DNA from: Synergistota bacterium
GTDB lineage: Bacteria > Synergistota > GBS-1
Direction: 5' to 3'
Assembly (NCBI GenBank): GCA_025060595.1
Contig: JANXBX010000006.1
Location: 65,657 to 129,656 of the forward strand
DNA length: 64,000 nucleotides
Positions 1 to 10,982 of this stretch are shown in pieces. Numbering within the stretch: the first letter of the stretch is position 1; every line of letters starts with the position of its first letter. The notes under the pieces are model-generated. The model had not been told where the DNA came from and did not search any database. It worked only from the letters and a program-made list of their open reading frames with translations. Position numbers and translations under genes: made by a program.

Positions 1-522
1 TATCACTCCAGAGGGAAGATGTGCCCATACATGAATTCCGAAGATAGCATCTACATCATTTAAATGCCCCTCATCAACGACCTTTTTCGCTCCAGCTCCA
101 CCTTCCTCAGCTGGTTGAAAGATGAGCTTTACTTTACCACGAATATTATCTTTAACCTCAGCCAATATCTTAGCTGAGGCAAGCAGCATAGCAGTGTGCG
201 CATCGTGCCCACAAGCATGCATCTTGCCAGGAACTTTAGACTTGTAAGGAACATCATTTTCTTCCTCTACAGGTAAAGCATCCATGTCTGCCCTGAGGGC
301 AACGGTCTTTCCCTTCTCGCTACCCACAATAACCCCCACAACGCCCGTCTGAGCCGCTTTAAATACTTTAAATCCCAGACTCCCTAGCTCTTCTTCCACA
401 AACTGAGAGGTTCTGAATTCCTCAAACCTAAGCTCTGGATGCTGATGAAGATCTCTCCTAACTTTAACTATATAGGGCTCTAACTCCTTAGCGATCTCCT
501 TGATCCTATCTTCCACATTCAC
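1..522 (-). CDS. M20D family amidohydrolase/carboxypeptidase (5' part; runs off the window)
   Basis: Read manually, not in the ORF track. GTG at 522 after GGGGG: MNVEDRIKEIAKELEPYIVKVRRDLHQHPELRFEE; motifs RADMDALP, MHACGHDAH, FQPAEEGG; directly downstream of the AbgT gene. Confidence 0.9.
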   Translation of the reverse strand, partial: MNVEDRIKEIAKELEPYIVKVRRDLHQHPELRFEEFRTSQFVEEELGSLGFKVFKAAQTGVVGVIVGSEKGKTVALRADMDALPVEEENDVPYKSKVPGKMHACGHDAHTAMLLASAKILAEVKDNIRGKVKLIFQPAEEGGAGAKKVVDEGHLNDVDAIFGIHVWAHLPSGVI

Positions 523-533
523 CCTAATCCCCC

Positions 534-2060
534 CTACTTAAGTCTTATGCCAGCTCCTGGTCCCACCGGAAGGCCTAAGAAATACCATATTATCGCCATA
601 ATTATCCAAGTCACTAAGAACAGCATAGAATATAAGAAGGTCCTTGAAATTATAGTACCTATACCTACGTCTTTTTTGTAAATTGAGGCATAACCTATAA
701 CTATCGGGAAGTAAGTCATAAGCGGAGTAAATGAGTTAGTGCTTGAATCACCTATTCTGTATAAAACTAATGTCCACTCAGGAGTATAACCAAGATAGTA
801 CATCATGGGTACTATAACAGGAGCCATAAACGCCCATTTGGTAGAACCGCTTGTTATGAAAAGATTTATGAAGGTTGAAATCAATGTGATGGCAACAAAT
901 AAACCTATTCCTGTGAACCCTGCACCCTTAAGGAAGTCCGCAAGCTTTATAGCAAGCACAGAGGCCATGTTTGTCTGAGTAAAGGTATAAATGAAGTTAG
1001 CTATGGGAAGTATTATAACGATATACGATGCCATAGTTTTCATGCTTTCCACCATGTAGTTAACCATGTCAGTTGGCCTCTTGATCTTTTCCATGCTCTT
1101 ACCATAGACATATCCTCCTATCACAAAAAAGATAAAGAGTATCGGAACCATGCCTTCAAGGAGAGTAGATGGTACTATCGTATTCTTGGCAGGGTCTCTT
1201 AAAGGACCACCGGGAATAAACGTTAGCAAAAGAACTATTAAAAGATATATGCCAGAAGACCATAAGGCTTTCCTAAGCGCACTAATCTCCTTGTCACTAA
1301 GATGACTTAAATACTCAGGTGGGACTTGCGCACGATCATACTCTTCCTCCCATTTAGCGAATCTCGGCATAGCATACTTTATGGTGAATATAGTACCAAC
1401 TATGGTAAGCACGAAGGTCGAAACTACCATAAAGTAATAATTAGCGGTAGGATATACGCTATACTTGGGATTTACCGCCTTAACAGCGGTATCAGTAATC
1501 CCCGCAAGCAAGATATCAGTACCAGCTATAAATAAGTTAGCGGTGAAACCTGAAGCTGCTGCAACATAGCCTAAAATAAGCCCAAAGATCGGATCCTGTC
1601 TTCTTGAATAAAATAAAGCCGCTGATAAAGGAGGAATGATGACTAAAGCCGCATCGGAAGCTAAATTACCGCAAATGCCGAAAATAAAAATAGCTGGTAT
1701 AAGATACTTGTCCGAGACTCTCGTCATGGTCCTCATGAGAGCCGGGATGAAACCCACCTTTTCAGCAAATCCAGCAGCCATAACCATAACTAACACCAAA
1801 CCTAATGGTGGGAACTTCGCAAAATTGGAAACCACGTTATTAAGGATCCAAGCGAGACCGCTCCTATTTAAAAGGCTTATCACTTTTATCTCCTTACCCT
1901 TTGAAGGATCTATAGCGGAGGCTCCTTCAAACACACCAGAGAGTAATATTACTAAAATCCAAAGAAAAAGGAAAATCCAGAACATATGCGGAAGCTTGTT
2001 ACCTACCCTTTCTATCCAGTTGACAAAACGTGTTAGAGCACTTCCCCTAGCTTCGGACAT
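534..2060 (-). CDS. abgT: AbgT family transporter (p-aminobenzoyl-glutamate/peptide-like)
   Basis: IERVGNKLPH N-terminal motif, FPPLGLVL, TSGSTKWA, YRIGDSSTN, GLPVGPG; multi-TM. Confidence 0.9.
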   Translation of the reverse strand: MSEARGSALTRFVNWIERVGNKLPHMFWIFLFLWILVILLSGVFEGASAIDPSKGKEIKVISLLNRSGLAWILNNVVSNFAKFPPLGLVLVMVMAAGFAEKVGFIPALMRTMTRVSDKYLIPAIFIFGICGNLASDAALVIIPPLSAALFYSRRQDPIFGLILGYVAAASGFTANLFIAGTDILLAGITDTAVKAVNPKYSVYPTANYYFMVVSTFVLTIVGTIFTIKYAMPRFAKWEEEYDRAQVPPEYLSHLSDKEISALRKALWSSGIYLLIVLLLTFIPGGPLRDPAKNTIVPSTLLEGMVPILFIFFVIGGYVYGKSMEKIKRPTDMVNYMVESMKTMASYIVIILPIANFIYTFTQTNMASVLAIKLADFLKGAGFTGIGLFVAITLISTFINLFITSGSTKWAFMAPVIVPMMYYLGYTPEWTLVLYRIGDSSTNSFTPLMTYFPIVIGYASIYKKDVGIGTIISRTFLYSMLFLVTWIIMAIIWYFLGLPVGPGAGIRLK

Positions 2061-2137
2061 ATCCCTACCCCCCTCGCTAAATAAGATTTTAACAACTTAC
2101 ACTACTATAATTATAACATGCTTAAATTAATCATAAT

Positions 2138-3775
2138 TTATCCTCTATCATCTACATTCGCAGCCAAGACAGCCACTATCTCTCCTTTGTCATTTCTAAC
2201 GGGACAAGATACCGCAAAAGCAGGTCTATTTGTTCCCAAACTCACGTAGGGCTCCCCAACAAAGGGCTCACCCTTCAAAGCGCCTTGGAACCAGGGCCTA
2301 AAAGACCAATCGATATTCCTATCAAGCTTAGAATCAGCGTGGATTATCTTACCGTTTAAACCAACAAGAAGGGGCGTTCTTATGTAAGGATGGCCCTGAA
2401 AGGCCTTATCAAAAAGAGGAATTAAACGATTAAGTTCAAGATTTTTAAACTCTGGAGTTTCAGCTAACTTCAAGAGTACACTTAAGCTTTCTTTGGCCAT
2501 GCGCTCCTTGGTTTCTTTGCTCCACGTTTCCTTAGTATATTGACCAGCTATATTCCTCAATCGACCAGCTACATCAACAAGTCTCTTAACATAGCCCTCT
2601 ATATGCTCTATGGCGGTGCTCTGTTCATTTATGGAAGCGGTAACTTCCTGGATACTTGCTGCCATCTCTTGAGAAAGGGAGGCCAACCTTTCAGACTCAT
2701 GGGCTATCTCGTTTAATCTCTCAACCTGCCCCTTAACCTTATCATCTATAAGATCTAAGGCCCTAGAAACCTCAGAGAAGGTTTGGGAAAATCTATCTAA
2801 GGAAGATACAACCTCTTCACCCTTTTTCAAGTTACCTTTAACAAGCTCAGCTCCCTTAGTTACCTCGGCAGCTACAGATGTAGCATTTCCCCTCATCTCC
2901 TTAGCTAGCGTAGCTATATCCAAAGCCGAAGCTCTCGATCTTGTAGCGAGCTTTCTTACCTCTTCAGCCACAACAGCAAAGCCCCTTCCGCTTTCCCCAG
3001 CTCGAGCAGCCTCTATAGCAGCGTTCAAGGCTAAAAGATTGGTTTGCTCAGCTATCTCAGCCAAGGTATCGACAAAACGATTAATCTGCTCCATTTGCTC
3101 AGCGAGCTCCAACACCCTTTTAGCGGTCTCCTCATTGGAAATTGTAACCTGTCTTATATCTCTCAACAGCGATCCCATCTTTTCCTTAACCTCTTGAGAT
3201 AAAACCTCTGCTTCACCAGATAACTTCCTTACACCCGATGTAGTGCTCGATATATCCTGTGCCAAAGAAGCTAAAGCCTCTATGCTATTAGCTACCTTCT
3301 GAGCTACCCCAGCCTCTTCATCAGCGGCAGTAGATACCTCATTCATGGCATTAGATGCCTCCTTCAACCCTTTCCTGTTAATTTCAACATCTTTATCAAG
3401 AAGAGATATAAAGTGGCTAAGCTCCTCCGAGCTTCTCTGAACATTGCCTATTAATTTGAAGAAGACATCAAGAAGAGGTAAGATAGCATTTCTGACATTT
3501 TGAGGGAACCCCTCCTTCCTTCTGAGAAGAGCGTGATCAACACCTACGATATCGCCGCTCCCTAGGAGCTTAATCAGAGCCTCAATCCTAGACAAAAACC
3601 TTAAATCCTTTAAGGCCCAAAATAGACCAAAGATACCGCTACCTACACCCAGGATGGCCAAGCCCAATGGTAGCGACAGTCGAGCCCAGGGAATCCCCCT
3701 TAAAAAATAAATAATAACTATAAACTCTAAAAAAAGACCTGTTAAAATAAATAGAGCGAATACTCTGATTTTCAA
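2138..3775 (-). CDS. Methyl-accepting chemotaxis protein with a C-terminal Cache-like domain
   Basis: Two N-terminal TM segments, [38 protein letters not shown]-terminal RPWFQGA...EPYVS...SCPVR Cache-like signature; start moved to TTG 3775 behind GGAGG. Confidence 0.85.
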   Translation of the reverse strand: MKIRVFALFILTGLFLEFIVIIYFLRGIPWARLSLPLGLAILGVGSGIFGLFWALKDLRFLSRIEALIKLLGSGDIVGVDHALLRRKEGFPQNVRNAILPLLDVFFKLIGNVQRSSEELSHFISLLDKDVEINRKGLKEASNAMNEVSTAADEEAGVAQKVANSIEALASLAQDISSTTSGVRKLSGEAEVLSQEVKEKMGSLLRDIRQVTISNEETAKRVLELAEQMEQINRFVDTLAEIAEQTNLLALNAAIEAARAGESGRGFAVVAEEVRKLATRSRASALDIATLAKEMRGNATSVAAEVTKGAELVKGNLKKGEEVVSSLDRFSQTFSEVSRALDLIDDKVKGQVERLNEIAHESERLASLSQEMAASIQEVTASINEQSTAIEHIEGYVKRLVDVAGRLRNIAGQYTKETWSKETKERMAKESLSVLLKLAETPEFKNLELNRLIPLFDKAFQGHPYIRTPLLVGLNGKIIHADSKLDRNIDWSFRPWFQGALKGEPFVGEPYVSLGTNRPAFAVSCPVRNDKGEIVAVLAANVDDRG

Positions 3776-3827
3776 GGCAAAAATCCCTCCTCCCATTAAA
3801 TTTTAAAAACATGAAAACCTAAAATAA

Positions 3828-3869
3828 ATGATAGCATGTCTAAAAAAACGGTCAAGGTTTTGCTATCAT
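3828..3869. promoter_or_regulatory. Overlapping divergent promoters with identical extended -10 boxes (TGcTATCAT) for the MCP gene (-) and sfsA (+)
   Basis: ATGATAGCA (3828-3836) and TGCTATCAT (3861-3869) form an inverted repeat; the minus strand also reads TTGACC-16 bp-TATCAT. Confidence 0.55.
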
Positions 3870-3875
3870 ATTCCT

Positions 3876-5033
3876 ATGATAAAGCTATTCCAAAAACTAG
3901 AAAGGGTAAGCTTAATAGACAGGTTGAATCGATTTACACTTTTAGTCTCAAACGATAAGGGAGATATTATGAAAGCCTATCTTCCTAATTCAGGTAGCCT
4001 AGAGGAGTTATTAATCCCCGGTAGAGTTATATTAGTTACTCAAAATCCCGGTGGAGGACTGCCTCTTAGGGTAGCAGGAACCATAGATGAAGATGGAAAC
4101 GCAATAATGATAGACTCCTTAAAGATTAATGAGATATTCCCGGCAATTATAAATAATATCCCCTCATTAAAAGGATATAGTATATCCCAAAGAGAGGTGA
4201 GATATAAAAACGCAAGATTCGATTTTCTACTAGAGAAAGAGGGAGAAAAGCTTATATTAGAAATTAAGGGATGTACCCTATTTACACAAGATGTGGCATC
4301 CTTTCCAGACGCTCCTACTAAAAGAGGAGTCAAACATTTAAAGCTGCTTTCAGACCTGCAATCAGACCTTAAAGGTGGTATCCTCTTTTTAATCCAAAAG
4401 CCGGTTAAATATTTCCTGCCTAACTTTCATACAGATTTAGAGTTCGCAAGGGAGATATTCAAGGCAAAGGATAAAATTCTTATAGAAGCTATAAGCTTAA
4501 AATGGGATGAAGAGTTAAACCTTATCGAAGATTCCATATCTAAGGTGGAAATCCCCTGGGAAGCAACTAAGCCCTTCTTAGAGGACAAAGGTGTATATCT
4601 GATACTCATGTTTAACGAGAAAGATAAACAGATAAGCTTCTCAAGAGGATTAAGGGAAAAATCTGCCCTTTTCCCCAGAGGCTTTTACATATATACCGGT
4701 TCAGCGTTAAAGGGACTCTCCTCAAGGATAAAGAGACATATTAAAAAAGAAGGAAAAAACTTCTGGCATATAGATTATATAAAAAGACACATGAAAACTC
4801 TAAAAGCTATAACCATAAAAAGCCCTAACAAGATAGAGTGCGAAATAGCTAATGAGCTTATGACAATAGCAGATAGCTACATCCTAAACTTCGGATCAAG
4901 CGACTGCAACTGCAAAAGCCACTTACTTTATTTCCAAAAAGATCCAAGAAAAATGGATAAATTTATTAAAACTATATTAAAATTTAGATTCGACATTATA
5001 AAAGACATTGTTGAAAGGACTTCGCAATGGTAA
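3876..5033 (+). CDS. sfsA: SfsA nuclease-like protein fused to a DUF123 (Uri/GIY-YIG-like) domain
   Basis: NRF, PNSGSL, RFDFLL, EIKGCTL, FPDAPTKRGVKHL; C-terminal YIYTGSA, WHIDY, FGSSDCNCKSHL; start placed at ATG 3876. Confidence 0.85.
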   Translation: MIKLFQKLERVSLIDRLNRFTLLVSNDKGDIMKAYLPNSGSLEELLIPGRVILVTQNPGGGLPLRVAGTIDEDGNAIMIDSLKINEIFPAIINNIPSLKGYSISQREVRYKNARFDFLLEKEGEKLILEIKGCTLFTQDVASFPDAPTKRGVKHLKLLSDLQSDLKGGILFLIQKPVKYFLPNFHTDLEFAREIFKAKDKILIEAISLKWDEELNLIEDSISKVEIPWEATKPFLEDKGVYLILMFNEKDKQISFSRGLREKSALFPRGFYIYTGSALKGLSSRIKRHIKKEGKNFWHIDYIKRHMKTLKAITIKSPNKIECEIANELMTIADSYILNFGSSDCNCKSHLLYFQKDPRKMDKFIKTILKFRFDIIKDIVERTSQW

Positions 5034-5056
5034 AATAGCATCAAGGGGGTGCCTTT

Positions 5057-5722
5057 ATGAATAGACACAGAGTGGGATTAATAAGGGTTCTAACTATAGA
5101 AAACGAGGAGCTTTTAAACGCTCATGGCAGAATGATAGAAAAGGCCTTCCCTGAACTTAAAGTTATAAGCAAATGCATAGAGGATCAACCAAATGGAATT
5201 TACGATGAAGAAACAGAAAGAATAGCAAAGCCAAAGATTTTACGGTTAATCAGAGAATTCGAGGAAAAGGAAAGCGTTGAAGCTATAATCATAAGCTGTG
5301 CTGCGGATCCGGCAGTTGAAGAGGCAAGGGAAACATCGAAGATACCAGTAATAGGCGCAGGGTCTTCCTCTGCTGCAATGGCATTGGCCCTTGGTAAAAA
5401 GGTGGGGGTGCTAAACTTAACGGAAAAAACACCGAAGGTTTTCAAAAGCATTTTAAAGGAAAACTTGGTTGCCGAAGATAGCCCCGAAGGAGTTAAAAAC
5501 ACCTTAGATCTCCTAACCGATTGGGGCAAGGAAAAGGCATTGGAAGCCGCCATAAGGTTAAAGGAAAGAGGATCTCAGGTTATAGCTTTCGCCTGCACTG
5601 GATATTCAACGATCGAGCTCGCCCCCTTACTGGAGAAAGAGATTAAAATCCCCATAGTAGATGCAGTCTTAGCCTCAGGAGCAGTTACACTTTATGCTTT
5701 AAAGATATTTAAAGGTAGGTGA
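5057..5722 (+). CDS. Asp/Glu/hydantoin racemase family protein
   Basis: Paired catalytic-type Cys motifs SCAADP and ACTG; IPVIG, PIVD. Confidence 0.8.
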   Translation: MNRHRVGLIRVLTIENEELLNAHGRMIEKAFPELKVISKCIEDQPNGIYDEETERIAKPKILRLIREFEEKESVEAIIISCAADPAVEEARETSKIPVIGAGSSSAAMALALGKKVGVLNLTEKTPKVFKSILKENLVAEDSPEGVKNTLDLLTDWGKEKALEAAIRLKERGSQVIAFACTGYSTIELAPLLEKEIKIPIVDAVLASGAVTLYALKIFKGR

Positions 5723-5729
5723 GAAGAGC

Positions 5730-6812
5730 ATGATACTGAAGGTGAATGAAAAAATCGCTGAGGCTGCAGTTTTAGGAGGGGCCTTTCTAGGCGGCGGTGG
5801 AGGCGGAGATTTAAAGTTAGGGCTTTCTCACGCCATCTTAGCACTAGGCTTAGGTGAAATAGTAATAGCAGATATAGATAGTTTACCTCAAGATAGCTAT
5901 ATAGTAACTGCATCCTTAGTAGGTGCCCCAGCTGCAAAGGAAAGATACGTACTTCCATCACACATGGTCAAATCCTTCGAGTTGCTAAGGGAAACAATTA
6001 AACTTGAAATTAATGGAATAATATCCTCTGAAAACGGTGGATACTCAACTATAAATGGATGGATAGTTTCAGCACTTACCGGTATACCAATAGTAGATGC
6101 GCCTGCAGATGGAAGAGCTCATCCAACAGGAGTAATGGGGGCTATGGGATTACACAAACTTAGAGATTATATATCAATCCAAACTGCCGTAGGAGGAAAT
6201 AAGGATGAGGGAAGATATACAGAAATCCTCGTTAAGGGAAGCCTTGAAAGAGCCTCAAGGATGGTAAGAGAGGCTGCGGTTCAAGCTGGAGGCTTAGTAG
6301 CGGTAACAAGAAACCCTGTAAAAAGGGAGTACGTTAAGGAAAACGGAGCTATCGGAGGAATAACACAAGCAATAGAGATCGGAGGGCTTATGAAAAAATA
6401 CAAAGATGATCCATACACGCTATCAGAGAAGATCATAGCTTACTTCGGCGAAGGAAAAATAATAGACAAGGTAAGAATAGAAGAAGTATCTTTAAAGACC
6501 GAGGGAGGCTTCGATGTTGGGAAAATAATGGTTAAAGGGGAAAAAGACAGCTATGAAATAACCTTCTGGAATGAATTTATGACCTTGGAGAGCTTAAGCG
6601 GTGAAAGGCTCGGAACCTTCCCAGACCTTATATCCATGATAGAAATTGGGAGCTCTATCCCTCTAACTTCCTCTCAGGCGAAGGAAGGCATGGAAGCGCT
6701 TTTACTAGTGATACCAAAAGAGAAAATCCTTCTAGGCTCAGGCGTAAAGGACCCAGAGATTTTAAAAGGGATAGAAAAAGTTATAGGTAAAAAGATAGTA
6801 GGAGGCGATTAA
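5730..6812 (+). CDS. DUF917 family protein (thiohydantoin desulfurase-like)
   Basis: GGAFLGGGGGG, VGAP, ENGG, DAPADGRAHP, FWNEF, TFPDLI. Confidence 0.8.
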   Translation: MILKVNEKIAEAAVLGGAFLGGGGGGDLKLGLSHAILALGLGEIVIADIDSLPQDSYIVTASLVGAPAAKERYVLPSHMVKSFELLRETIKLEINGIISSENGGYSTINGWIVSALTGIPIVDAPADGRAHPTGVMGAMGLHKLRDYISIQTAVGGNKDEGRYTEILVKGSLERASRMVREAAVQAGGLVAVTRNPVKREYVKENGAIGGITQAIEIGGLMKKYKDDPYTLSEKIIAYFGEGKIIDKVRIEEVSLKTEGGFDVGKIMVKGEKDSYEITFWNEFMTLESLSGERLGTFPDLISMIEIGSSIPLTSSQAKEGMEALLLVIPKEKILLGSGVKDPEILKGIEKVIGKKIVGGD

Positions 6813-6814
6813 AA

Positions 6815-7753
6815 ATGCTAAAACAGGTCATTGAGGCATTTGAGCTTCTTGACAGCGCTTATATTAACGGGGAGAGGGTAAAAGAGGCCTTAAACCAGAG
6901 GGGTCTTAATAACGTGGAAGTTAAAAGGATCAGCGGAGAAAAGGGCTCTACAGATTTTATAAAGATCCTGATACCTGGTAAAAGAGGAAAATCCTCTGGT
7001 GGAAGCGCACATACTTTAGGAATAATAGGAAGGCTTGGAGGCATAGGAGCAAGACCAGAAAGAATTGGACTCGTATCTGACGCTGACGGAGCTATAACTG
7101 CCATAGCTGTAGCGCTAAAACTCGGAGACATGATTAAAAACGGTGACGTCCTTGAGGGAGATGTCATAATCGCAACTCACATATGTCCAAATGCTCCAAC
7201 CCAGCCTCATGAGCCTGTTCCCTTCATGGGTTCACCTGTTGATATGGCTACAATGAACAAGTTTGAGGTAGATCCCCAAATGGATGCTATATTATCTATA
7301 GATACCACTAGGGGAAACAGGATAATAAACGTTAGAGGCTTCGCCATAACTCCAACAGTAAAAGAGGGATGGATTTTAAGAGTAAGCGATGACCTTCTTG
7401 ACATAATGGGCTATGTAACAGGGAGAATGCCAGCGGTTGTTCCTATAACTATGCAAGATATAACTCCTTACGGCAACGGCATCTACCACCTAAATAGCAT
7501 CATGCAGCCTGCAACAGCAACAAATGCACCAGTTGTAGGAGTTGCCATCACCGCTGAGATCCCGGTTCCAGGTTGTGCTACCGGAGCAAGTCAAGCAATA
7601 GATATAGAGCTCGCTGGGAGATTTTGTATAGAGGTAGCAAAGGGATTTGGAAGAGGAAAGGTGAAGTTCTATAACGAAGAGGAGTTCAAAAGGTTAATAG
7701 AACTTTACGGTCCCATGAACCATCTGCAAGGGCTGGGGAGGCAATGCAAATGA
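6815..7753 (+). CDS. DUF1177 family protein
   Basis: GSTDFIKI, GRLGGIGARP, VSDADGA, SIDTTRGNR, QDITPYGN. Confidence 0.8.
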   Translation: MLKQVIEAFELLDSAYINGERVKEALNQRGLNNVEVKRISGEKGSTDFIKILIPGKRGKSSGGSAHTLGIIGRLGGIGARPERIGLVSDADGAITAIAVALKLGDMIKNGDVLEGDVIIATHICPNAPTQPHEPVPFMGSPVDMATMNKFEVDPQMDAILSIDTTRGNRIINVRGFAITPTVKEGWILRVSDDLLDIMGYVTGRMPAVVPITMQDITPYGNGIYHLNSIMQPATATNAPVVGVAITAEIPVPGCATGASQAIDIELAGRFCIEVAKGFGRGKVKFYNEEEFKRLIELYGPMNHLQGLGRQCK

Positions 7754-8406
7754 GGCTCGGCCTTATAACCATAGGTCAATCACCAAGGTCAGATGTAGTC
7801 CCAGAGATGCGACCATATATCAAAGATGTAGAGATATTCGAACTTGGCGCATTAGATGGTCTCTCCTTAGAGGAGATTAAAAAGCTTCATCCTAAAGAGG
7901 GAGAGCCAGTTTTGGTAAGTAGACTTAGGGATGGCACACAAGTTAAGCTAAACGGAAACATAATAGCCCAAAGATTAAAAGAGTGCGTGAAAAGGCTCGA
8001 AAATGAGGTAGATATAATAGGGCTATTGTGCACAGGAGAGTTTAAAGAGTTACGCTCAAATAAAATTCTAATTGAGCCATCTCTTATATTAACTAAGGTA
8101 GTTGAAGCTTTAAATGTTGAAAGACTCGGAGTGCTGATTCCCGAACCTGAACAAGAGGAGATGACCTTAAGAAAGTGGGATGGCAAGGCAAAAGAAATAT
8201 TGATAAGTAGCGTATCTCCTTATACCGGAAGGGAAGAGGATTTTTTAAGCGCTGGAGAGAAACTAAAGAACTGTGACATGGTGGTTTTAGACTGCATAGG
8301 CTACAACCTAAAGGTAAAAAGCCTTATAGGGAAAATAACAGAAAGACCGGTTCTCCTACCAAGAACCCTTATGGCAAGAGTTATAGGAGAGCTCTTAGAG
8401 AGGTGA
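7750..8406 (+). CDS. aroM: AroM family protein
   Basis: TIGQSPRSD, LVSRLRDG, LCTGEF, LDCIGY; ATGA overlap with the upstream stop. Confidence 0.8.
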   Translation: MRLGLITIGQSPRSDVVPEMRPYIKDVEIFELGALDGLSLEEIKKLHPKEGEPVLVSRLRDGTQVKLNGNIIAQRLKECVKRLENEVDIIGLLCTGEFKELRSNKILIEPSLILTKVVEALNVERLGVLIPEPEQEEMTLRKWDGKAKEILISSVSPYTGREEDFLSAGEKLKNCDMVVLDCIGYNLKVKSLIGKITERPVLLPRTLMARVIGELLER

Positions 8407-8413
8407 TGAAATA

Positions 8414-9382
8414 TTGAAAATAGAAATTAATAGGGATCTATATAGCGCCTGTGAGACAGCTTTAAGGGAATGCATGGGAGTAAAAGAAGATGAAATAGTG
8501 CTTATAATAGCTGACGAGGAAAAAAGAAATATAGGCTTACACCTATGGATAAAGGCAAAAGAGCTTAAAACGGAAGCAATATACGTAGAAATGTTACCGA
8601 GAAAGATGCACGGAGAAGAGCCACCCCTACCCATAGCTGAAGCTATGAAATCAGCAGATGTAGTTTTAGCACCTACCTCTAAATCCATAACGCATACCCT
8701 TGCTAAAAAGGAGGCTTGCGAACGTGGAACGAGAGTAGCAACCCTTCCTGGAATAACGGAAGACATATTTATAAGAACATTAAACGCGAACTATGAGGAA
8801 ATGCTTAAGATAACTAATAAAGTGGCAGACATCCTTGACGAAGGAGAAAACATTGAAATAATAACTTCCCTTGGAACACATTTAAGCTTTTCCATAAAGG
8901 GTAGAAAGGCTAAAAGAAGCACAGGGATATATAGAAAGGTTGGAGAGTGTGGCAACCTCCCTGGAGCGGAAGCTTTCATAGCTCCGGTAGAGGGGACGGC
9001 TCAAGGAGTAGCAATTATAGATGGATCGATGGCAGGAATAGGCTTGTTAAAGAAGCCTATTCGTCTAATAATTAATGAAGGAATGGTCAAAACTATAGAA
9101 GGAGGTGAAGAGGCGGAAAAGCTCAAAGATATTCTATCGAGGTATAGCGAAGAGGCGAAAAATATAGGAGAGTTTGGTATAGGAACTAATCCAAAAGCCA
9201 TGATAAGCGGAAACACTCTTGAAGATGAAAAGGTTTTGGGAACCATTCATATAGCGATAGGAAACAATATAGACTTTGGGGGAACGATCAAGGCACCAAT
9301 TCATCTTGATGGTGTAATAAAGGTTCCAACAGTTATCGTAGACGGAAGACCTCTCATAAGAGAGGGTAAGCTCCTAATTTAG
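8414..9382 (+). CDS. Aminopeptidase T / M29-like metallopeptidase
   Basis: GNLPGAEAFIAP, NIGEFGIGTNP, EDEKVLGTIHIAIGNN, HLD. Confidence 0.8.
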   Translation: MKIEINRDLYSACETALRECMGVKEDEIVLIIADEEKRNIGLHLWIKAKELKTEAIYVEMLPRKMHGEEPPLPIAEAMKSADVVLAPTSKSITHTLAKKEACERGTRVATLPGITEDIFIRTLNANYEEMLKITNKVADILDEGENIEIITSLGTHLSFSIKGRKAKRSTGIYRKVGECGNLPGAEAFIAPVEGTAQGVAIIDGSMAGIGLLKKPIRLIINEGMVKTIEGGEEAEKLKDILSRYSEEAKNIGEFGIGTNPKAMISGNTLEDEKVLGTIHIAIGNNIDFGGTIKAPIHLDGVIKVPTVIVDGRPLIREGKLLI

Positions 9383-9398
9383 AAAGGAGGGGAATCAA

Positions 9399-10982
9399 AT
9401 GGAAGCGAAAGGAAGACACCCATCAGCGCTTGAGCCTGCGGTCCTTATACTTAACATAGCGATGGCCGTATTCGGAGCCATAATAGGGCTTGAACTTATA
9501 ACTCGTTTAGGTATATCAACCAATACCTCAATTATCGGTGCCTTAATAGCTATTATCCTTGCAAGGGTTCCGGTTATGGCTTTACAGAAGTTCTTAGATA
9601 TTAATAGGCAAAACTTGGTTCAAACCACGATATCAGGAGCAACCTTCGGAGCAGCAAATGCCATATTCCTGCCAGCAGCGATACCTTGGCTTCTTAAAAG
9701 ACCTGACCTTGTTATGCCTATGTTAATAGGGGCCTTCTTAGGAGCAGTAGTAGACATGACCATACTTTATTGGCTTTTCGATACAAGAGCTTTCCCAGCA
9801 AAACATGCTTGGCCACCAGGAATCGCTACAGCTGAGACCCTTCTTGCAGCCGCCCAAAAGGGTAAAAGAGCTATGTATCTCATATATGGAATGCTTGGTG
9901 GGGGAACCCTAGCTTATTTTGGCATACCTGCTGACGTAGCTGGAGTAGCTTGGATAGGGAATATATGGGCTTTAGCGATGTTCGGCATAGGCTTAATAAT
10001 TAGAGGATACTCAGTTAAGCTATTTGGCATCGATATTAATAAGTACTACATACCTCATGGGATAATGATAGGTGCCGGTGTAGCAGCCTTAGTCCAGATG
10101 TTCATGGTCTTGCGCGAGAAAAAAGCTTATACTAGAGAAGAGCATAAAGAGTACAAGCCCTCGAGACCTGATAAAGACATAGCTCTGGGCTTAAGCAAAG
10201 GTTTCATACTATACATAGCTATAGGCCTGCTTATAGCTGTTACCAGCGGATTATATACGAATATGTCAGCAGGAATGTTTATATGGTGGATAATATTTGC
10301 GGCTATAGCAGCGCTTGTTTCTGAGCTTATGGTGGGGCTTTCAGCAATGCATGCGGGGTGGTTCCCAGCTTTCGCAACGGCATTAATATTCCTAACCATA
10401 GGAATGCTTATGGGATTTCCACCCATAGCTTTAGGCTTACTTGTAGGATACACGGCTTCAACTGGACCGGCTTTTGCAGACATGGGATACGACCTTAAAA
10501 CTGGTTGGATAATAAGAGGATATGGAAAAGACCCAGCCCTAGAAATGGAAGGAAGGAAACAACAATATATAGCTGAGTTAACAGGACTTGTAGTAGCAGT
10601 CATCATGGTAATGATTTTAGCCAAAACATACTTAGTTCAGGATCTTGTACCCCCTGTTGACAGAGTATACGTTAAGACCATAGAAGCTGGAGCTAACCCT
10701 CAAATAGCTAAATATCTAATCATATGGGCTATACCTGGAGCTATAATACAGGCAATTGGCGGACCGGATAGACAGATAGGAATACTACTCGCTACAGGTC
10801 TTCTAATATTAAACCCCTTAGCTGGTTTCACAGTACTTGCGGCCTTAGGAATCAGGCTTTTGGTCTTAAGCAAATATAAGCAGGAAGGACAAAACGTCCT
10901 TTATGTTCTTGGAGCAGGCTTTATAGCGGGAGCCACACTTGTTAGCTTCTTCAGATCAACACTAAGGCTTGGAAGGAAGTGA
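9399..10982 (+). CDS. OPT-superfamily oligopeptide transporter
   Basis: Highly hydrophobic; RQNLVQT, WPPGIATAE, AMHAGWFP, DMGYDLKTG. Confidence 0.8.
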   Translation: MEAKGRHPSALEPAVLILNIAMAVFGAIIGLELITRLGISTNTSIIGALIAIILARVPVMALQKFLDINRQNLVQTTISGATFGAANAIFLPAAIPWLLKRPDLVMPMLIGAFLGAVVDMTILYWLFDTRAFPAKHAWPPGIATAETLLAAAQKGKRAMYLIYGMLGGGTLAYFGIPADVAGVAWIGNIWALAMFGIGLIIRGYSVKLFGIDINKYYIPHGIMIGAGVAALVQMFMVLREKKAYTREEHKEYKPSRPDKDIALGLSKGFILYIAIGLLIAVTSGLYTNMSAGMFIWWIIFAAIAALVSELMVGLSAMHAGWFPAFATALIFLTIGMLMGFPPIALGLLVGYTASTGPAFADMGYDLKTGWIIRGYGKDPALEMEGRKQQYIAELTGLVVAVIMVMILAKTYLVQDLVPPVDRVYVKTIEAGANPQIAKYLIIWAIPGAIIQAIGGPDRQIGILLATGLLILNPLAGFTVLAALGIRLLVLSKYKQEGQNVLYVLGAGFIAGATLVSFFRSTLRLGRK

